The position numbers and the translations under genes are program-made. 64,000 nucleotides of DNA. Origin: Rhizodiscina lignyota. Taxonomy: Eukaryota. This document shows, in pieces, positions 59,137 to 64,000 of this stretch. The first letter of the stretch is position 1. Each line of letters opens with the position of its first letter. The stretch covers positions 1,240,001 through 1,304,000 of the forward strand of contig ML978127.1 in NCBI GenBank assembly GCA_010015805.1, given 5' to 3'. Below the pieces are notes generated by a model that saw only the letters and a program-made list of their open reading frames with translations, did no database searches and was not told the origin of the DNA.

Positions 59137-60205
59137 ATGTCTCTCTCAACCGTTCTCCGTACCTCCGTCCCTGGCTTCTCTGCTGAGAGGAGCTGTCACA
59201 CTGCGAAGTGTCACGTTCCCCTTCCAGGCACGACCGAGCGACACACCTGCGACACCCCCTTCATCCAGTGCAACGCTCTAGGCTGTGACTTCAAGATCGC
59301 AAGGCAATGCAGAGAACACTTGAACGACAGATTCGAGCACCTGCACAAGTGCTCCGGAGCAAGTGTCATCGGCGCCAACTTCTTCCAGTCAATCGTTCCT
59401 AAGAAGGAGGACGAGCCGAACAAGCAGAGCCGCAAGCGCAAGACGCCTCCTGCACCGGCCGTCACGGAGCAAGCAACACGCAAGTCCGAGAGGTAAGTTA
59501 ACCCTGTGGTGCATGCATGAAATTCATCATTGTGCTAATCATCTTATGATTTAGGAAGAGGAGAAAGACCGCACGCGCACTCTCTGCCGAAGCACAGTCA
59601 CGCTCCCCTGTCGACGCTCCCCCGTCGACGCTCCCCCTGCTGCTCATATCCCCTCTCCTGTCGACGCTCCCCTTGCTGCTCATACCCCCTCTCCTGTCGA
59701 CACTTCCTCCGCCGATGATACTGTCGCTACAGTTGAGGCTCTCTCTACCACGGACCCGAGCCCGGAGGGCGAGGCAGCGAGCGCTGTGCCTGCCCCCGCA
59801 CCAACAAAACCTCGTGCGCCGCGTAAGATCAAGCCAGCCAGGGCCCCGAAGGCCAGGCTAGTCCGTCGCCCGGCCGTCAAGGATCCTCCTCCTGTGGTGC
59901 TACTGCCACTCGAGGAGCGACGAAGGAAGGCAGCAAACCTTCCACCGACCTTCCGCGAGGCCTACCGCCAGGCCTACGGCGCCCCCGTCCCGCCCCCTGC
60001 TCCTGCCGCCGAACCACTCCTCACCCAACTTCCAGAGTACCGCAACTACATCGACTACAACCGCTCGACGGAGCCGCTCCCCCTCTCCATGGTGTGGAAT
60101 CCCCCGGTCGCGCGCCGCCAGCCGGGCACCGTCGAGTCGGAACACTTCAGCAGCGTACCAGACGGCAAGGGGTCCTGGTTCTTCCAGGGGGAGGTAGGAG
60201 CCTGA
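59137..60205 (+). pseudogene. Orphan gene with a Cys/His-rich N-terminus and a Pro-rich C-terminus, frameshifted within a coding minisatellite
   Basis: CACCATG start, exon 1 to 59492, intron 59493-59554. The exon 2 frame shifts at a 14-nt partial repeat unit (59610-59623); the downstream frame with C-ending codon bias runs to TGA at 60205. Confidence 0.65.
59604..59707 (+). repeat. 36-bp coding minisatellite (VDAPxAAHxPSP) with one truncated 14-bp unit
   Basis: GTCGAC-initiated units start at 59610, 59624, 59660 and 59696. Confidence 0.9.
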
Positions 60206-60428
60206 GGTCGGGTCGGTGGTCGGCGGACGTAGCTCGGGGTGGTTAGTGCTTGGTTACATAGAATGAATACGAACAATTGACTCTTCGGCGAACACATATG
60301 AAGCTTACCAAGTCTATGCAACTGTGATAAACATGCTCTGAACTGCATTAAGTGAAACCTTCGATGATGCTCTAGTTTGTGAAGCCCAAGGAGACTTAGC
60401 AATCTTGTATCGTTTCGGCCTTCATCTA

Positions 60429-60810
60429 GCCTAGCAGTGCTTTAGAGCAGCGACAAGGTGGCGCAAAAGCTACGATATATCGGACGGAGATGAAGTACAG
60501 GCATACAAGACGAAATATACAAAGTTTACTTACTCAATACAACTGTCATAACACGGGCCAAGATGTATTAAATAATACTTTCAGCAATGCTCCAGCGGCT
60601 GAAGAGCAGTGAAACTTATAAACCCCATGCCATTACAACTATCCTCCGGCCTAGCAGTGCACAGGGTGACGCAAACATAGCGGTACAGCCCCGAGATGCC
60701 CAACTTCAAGGATGCACAGGCTTACAAGACGAGATATATACAGCTCGCTAAGGTGGTGCAGCCGTAATGAACAGTGACTACGCTGTATTAATCAACACTT
60801 TCACGCATGC
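60429..60810. repeat. Degenerate ~220-bp tandem duplication (intergenic)
   Basis: Collinear blocks: gcctagcagtgc (60429/60649), caggc.tacaagacga.atata (60498/60717) and tgtatta...actttca (60564/60784). Confidence 0.75.
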
Positions 60811-61287
60811 GATCGCATGTGCCTGAGTGTTTAACGCAAGTCCAATGAACGAAGGTCAACTAGGTAAAATAGCGAATCTCCACACACGATAAGAGAGATT
60901 GGTAAATGAAAGTAGGGGGCCAAACTGCCAAAGCTCTATGCAGCGTCCGGTGAGCCCGAAGAACTGTCTGATGCATATAAAATCGACCTTTCAGAACGTT
61001 CTCGCGCGTTCGTTGAAGAGTAAATCTCGTCCATGCTCTACAGTTTCGATGCTATCGAGGATATCTTGTTACCACGGAGATTGAATTGATTGACTTTTAG
61101 CATTATACTACACCAAGCAAATGAAACTCACAAAAGGAAGGGTATCATCAAGCCGTAATCGGCAGTCATTTGCAGCCTCTCGACAAGTGAGAACCGCCGC
61201 CATGCAGATAAACCAAAAGCATAAGAAAAAACAGACCTGAACCTATAGCTCGTACAAGCCATGATAGTGAGCCCCACGAGCTCTAGA

Positions 61288-62033
61288 TCAGTGGGCGAAG
61301 AGCATCGAGGAACTCCTCACTAGCTTGCCATCGAATTCCTCGGCGCCATTGACCACCTCCCAAGGCGCAGGTGTATCGTCGGTCAGGTCGACGCCATTTT
61401 TCTTGCACCAAGCCCTCAGGAACGCCTCCTCATCCATTTCTTCCATATCTCCGTTAGCAGCGCCGCTGGATGTTGGACGACTGGTGGAAATGTTGACGTT
61501 GTGCTGCGTGACGGAACTCGATCGAGAAGGTGCCTCCTCATTGGCAAAGAGCTCCCTGAAGAGGCGAGGCAAGTCGTGAGCGGCAGCGGGGGCAGAGGGT
61601 TCGGCGCTGTCGGAAGGGTGGCGAGCGGTCGAGACATTGATCAGGTTGCTGGCAAGGGATACACGTCAGTGGTGGCAGGTCTAGGCGCGGGATTGTAGTG
61701 AAAGGTCGTAGGGTGATGGGAAAGGGAGGGGAGTATTTATCGAGCAAGGGAATGTTTACGCCAGACGCGTTGTACGTACTCGGAAGTCGCGACGCAGAGC
61801 CTTTCCAGCACCTCGCGCTGGCGACGTATCTCCTCTTGGTCGACGCCTGGACCGCCCGAGTTCATGGTGCTACCATAATGGGGAGGATAAGGTTCGCCGA
61901 GGAGCTGGGAGGTATCTGATGGCTAGAGCATGAAGTCTTAGAGTGATGAAGAGCACGCCTATATACTGGATATACGCACGTCGCTCTGGGAGCCACGCCG
62001 ACCGAGGCCGAGGCAGGATGAACACGCGCCCAT
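61288..62033 (-). CDS. LAMTOR1/Ego1(Meh1)-like vacuolar/lysosomal Ragulator anchor, 3 exons (185 aa)
   Basis: Exons 62033-61980, 61922-61780 and 61648-61288 splice in frame: MGACSSCLGLGRRGSQSD|PSDTSQLLGEPYPPHYGS..QEEIRRQREVLERLCVATSD|NLINVS... It has an MG myristoylation site, two Cys for palmitoylation and a DxxxLL dileucine motif. Confidence 0.85.
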
Positions 62034-63222
62034 GGAGGGCGATGAGATCAGACTTGTGCAGTCGGGAGTGGTGTTGTGGTTGAATTGCCTCCAGGCATAT
62101 GATTGTAAGAATACCTGGGGTGAGGTGGAGCAATAGGCGGGATTACGTTGAGAGAGCTGCACGTTGTACAAACTCAATATGTTGGGTTGGTCTGTTTTTG
62201 GGAAGATGAGGTGTTGCTATCGGAGTGCAGGGGTGGTGGAAATTTGGGAGGGGGTTGGGTTCCTGCAGCGATCGGCGGCCGTTATTTCGCGGGTCTTGGC
62301 AGCAACTGGCGTCATTCGAGCCTCACTCAACTCCCTCACCCATTCATGGACAAGCCAACCTTCTTTGAGACGGAATTGGAGTTTGAGCTTTGAGACATAA
62401 CATCTGCTACATTTTTCCCAGCAACGTGCGGTCTCTTCCGAGCACTGAGAGGCTGGAGAGAATGACCCGGGCACCAGGTTCCGCAAGAATGTCTTGTCAT
62501 TTTCATAACATCACACTCTTTCTCTCAGTGGACTCTTTCGCAAGTAGAAATGGACTAACAGGGCTAATCAAGCCTCAATTGCTCTTGTTTCAATTAAGCC
62601 CAGTCTCCAATGCAGGAACAACTTAGTTGAGCTTCCTGGTCTCCAATCTAGCCTCCCTTTGGTGCTACGCGGTCGCTAAGGCGCGTCTCAACACGCGACT
62701 TATGCATTCAATTATCTCCCTCTTTTGAGTCTAGTTCGTCCTTACGTTTCTTAAGAATGTAGATTGATAGAAAACTTCTCGAATGGATCGCCTCGCTTTG
62801 TCTGCCGAAGTAAGGGGCAGGCTACCCGTGCGATCGCATACCTCCTAGCAACCGAGAATGGAAACCTCCACCACCAAGTCCCCACACGCAAAGTGCAAAC
62901 GCGCCCACGAACTTCTGAAAGGGCTGGTCTTCTGCAAGGCCGTTTCTCTAATCGACGAACTAATTCATACACGGACATTCGAAGTGGCGGGCGTTCGTAT
63001 CCACGTCTCCAATACCGCGAAACTGCAAGGCACGCTCGTCCCAGGCTGCCCCTCTGCCAATGTGGCTATCACCTTGGACCTTGAGGCCGAGCCCGAAATG
63101 TCTTAGATGACCATTTCCTATAAAGTATTATGTCTTTCTTCACGGCCTCCTGACCCATCCACTCACTCATCACTCTTTATCATACCCGACGAGCATTCAT
63201 CAATCGTTTTGAGTGCTCCGTC

Positions 63223-64000
63223 ATGCCATCCACTCATTTCTTCAGCTGGCCTCGAGCCCTTTGCCTATTCTTCGCCTCCACGCAGGCTCGCGTTGCCTTG
63301 TTCGATCTATTGGAGTATCGAGCAGAAGATGCAGCCCAGAGATACGAAAATGTTCTTGAAAAGCGCCAGCAGGACTGCACTGTCGATCTCTACCTTTCCA
63401 TTCTTTCAGCGGAACCGTCAAACAGCGCATTTTGCTACAAGTTTGTCACGAACTATTACAACACTCAAACCAGCACTTCCACAGTTGTCCCAATAACGTA
63501 AGTGACATTCCACAGTCGTTGGAGGTCGACACTAATGGGCATAAGGACCGTCTACTCACAAAGTACAACCTACATCGATACAAGAATCGTGACGAGCTTG
63601 GCGACAGCCACTGTCACAAGCACTGCCACTGATACCTCATATGTTCTTCAGAAACGGGCGCCTGAACCCACGGAGAAAGCAATACTTCCAAGGCAGGATG
63701 ATCTTGCGGCTGAAGTTGGTCAAATCATCGCACGAGCCCTAGGCGACAACGGCACTTCAAGCACTACTTCAATCTCCGCGAACCAAGCGTCGTCGATAAC
63801 TTCTGCCCTGTCGAGCGGCTGCAGATGCTTAAATCTACCTCAACCTACCGTGGATACCACAACCACTCAGGCTCTATCAGTAAGTTGGCCGCCAGATATT
63901 CCGGACGCGTGCTGACCAGGACAGACGTATTACCAAGGGGGCTTCCAAATCCTTTCCGTGACCCAGAGCACGACCAGTACAGTCACCACAACCATTGTGC
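63223..64000 (+). CDS. Secreted Ser/Thr-rich (cell-wall/mucin-like) glycoprotein, partial, runs off the window
   Basis: Signal-like N-terminus, KR sites, SAFC and SSGCRCL Cys motifs, Thr-rich tracts; introns 63498-63545 and 63880-63924 keep the frame. Confidence 0.75.

Overview
This is eukaryotic DNA from a filamentous ascomycete (Pezizomycotina, probably Dothideomycete-like), with short GT-AG introns carrying CTRAY branch sites. I saw no rRNA, tRNA, CRISPR or intact transposon. Conserved genes are RAD1/XPF, a CREG-like flavin-binding protein, a nitroreductase, an MFS transporter, a glutathione synthetase-like ligase, RPS30, an HhH-GPD glycosylase, a plasma-membrane H+-ATPase, BiP/KAR2, an old yellow enzyme, a P450, and a 3-exon LAMTOR1/Ego1 that the ORF track does not assemble. 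They are interleaved with accessory or decaying DNA: a multiply disabled GH5 endoglucanase pseudogene, two HET-domain genes, an F-box/LRR-like gene, a GH140-like gene, two frameshifted orphan genes and small orphan proteins. The most interesting signals are (1) a glutathione-synthetase paralogue with rewritten substrate-selecting loops, possibly a ligase for a different peptide; (2) a hairpin-dense, apparently spliced, non-coding ~1.7 kb segment at 5.9-7.6 kb; (3) a pre-pro-peptide gene with a KR site and a cationic, His-rich mature part; (4) a HET protein with an N-terminal Gly-rich hydrophobic helix, followed by a leaderless small protein; and (5) a gene frameshifted by a partial minisatellite unit. 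All family calls come from motif recognition by eye; no searches were run.
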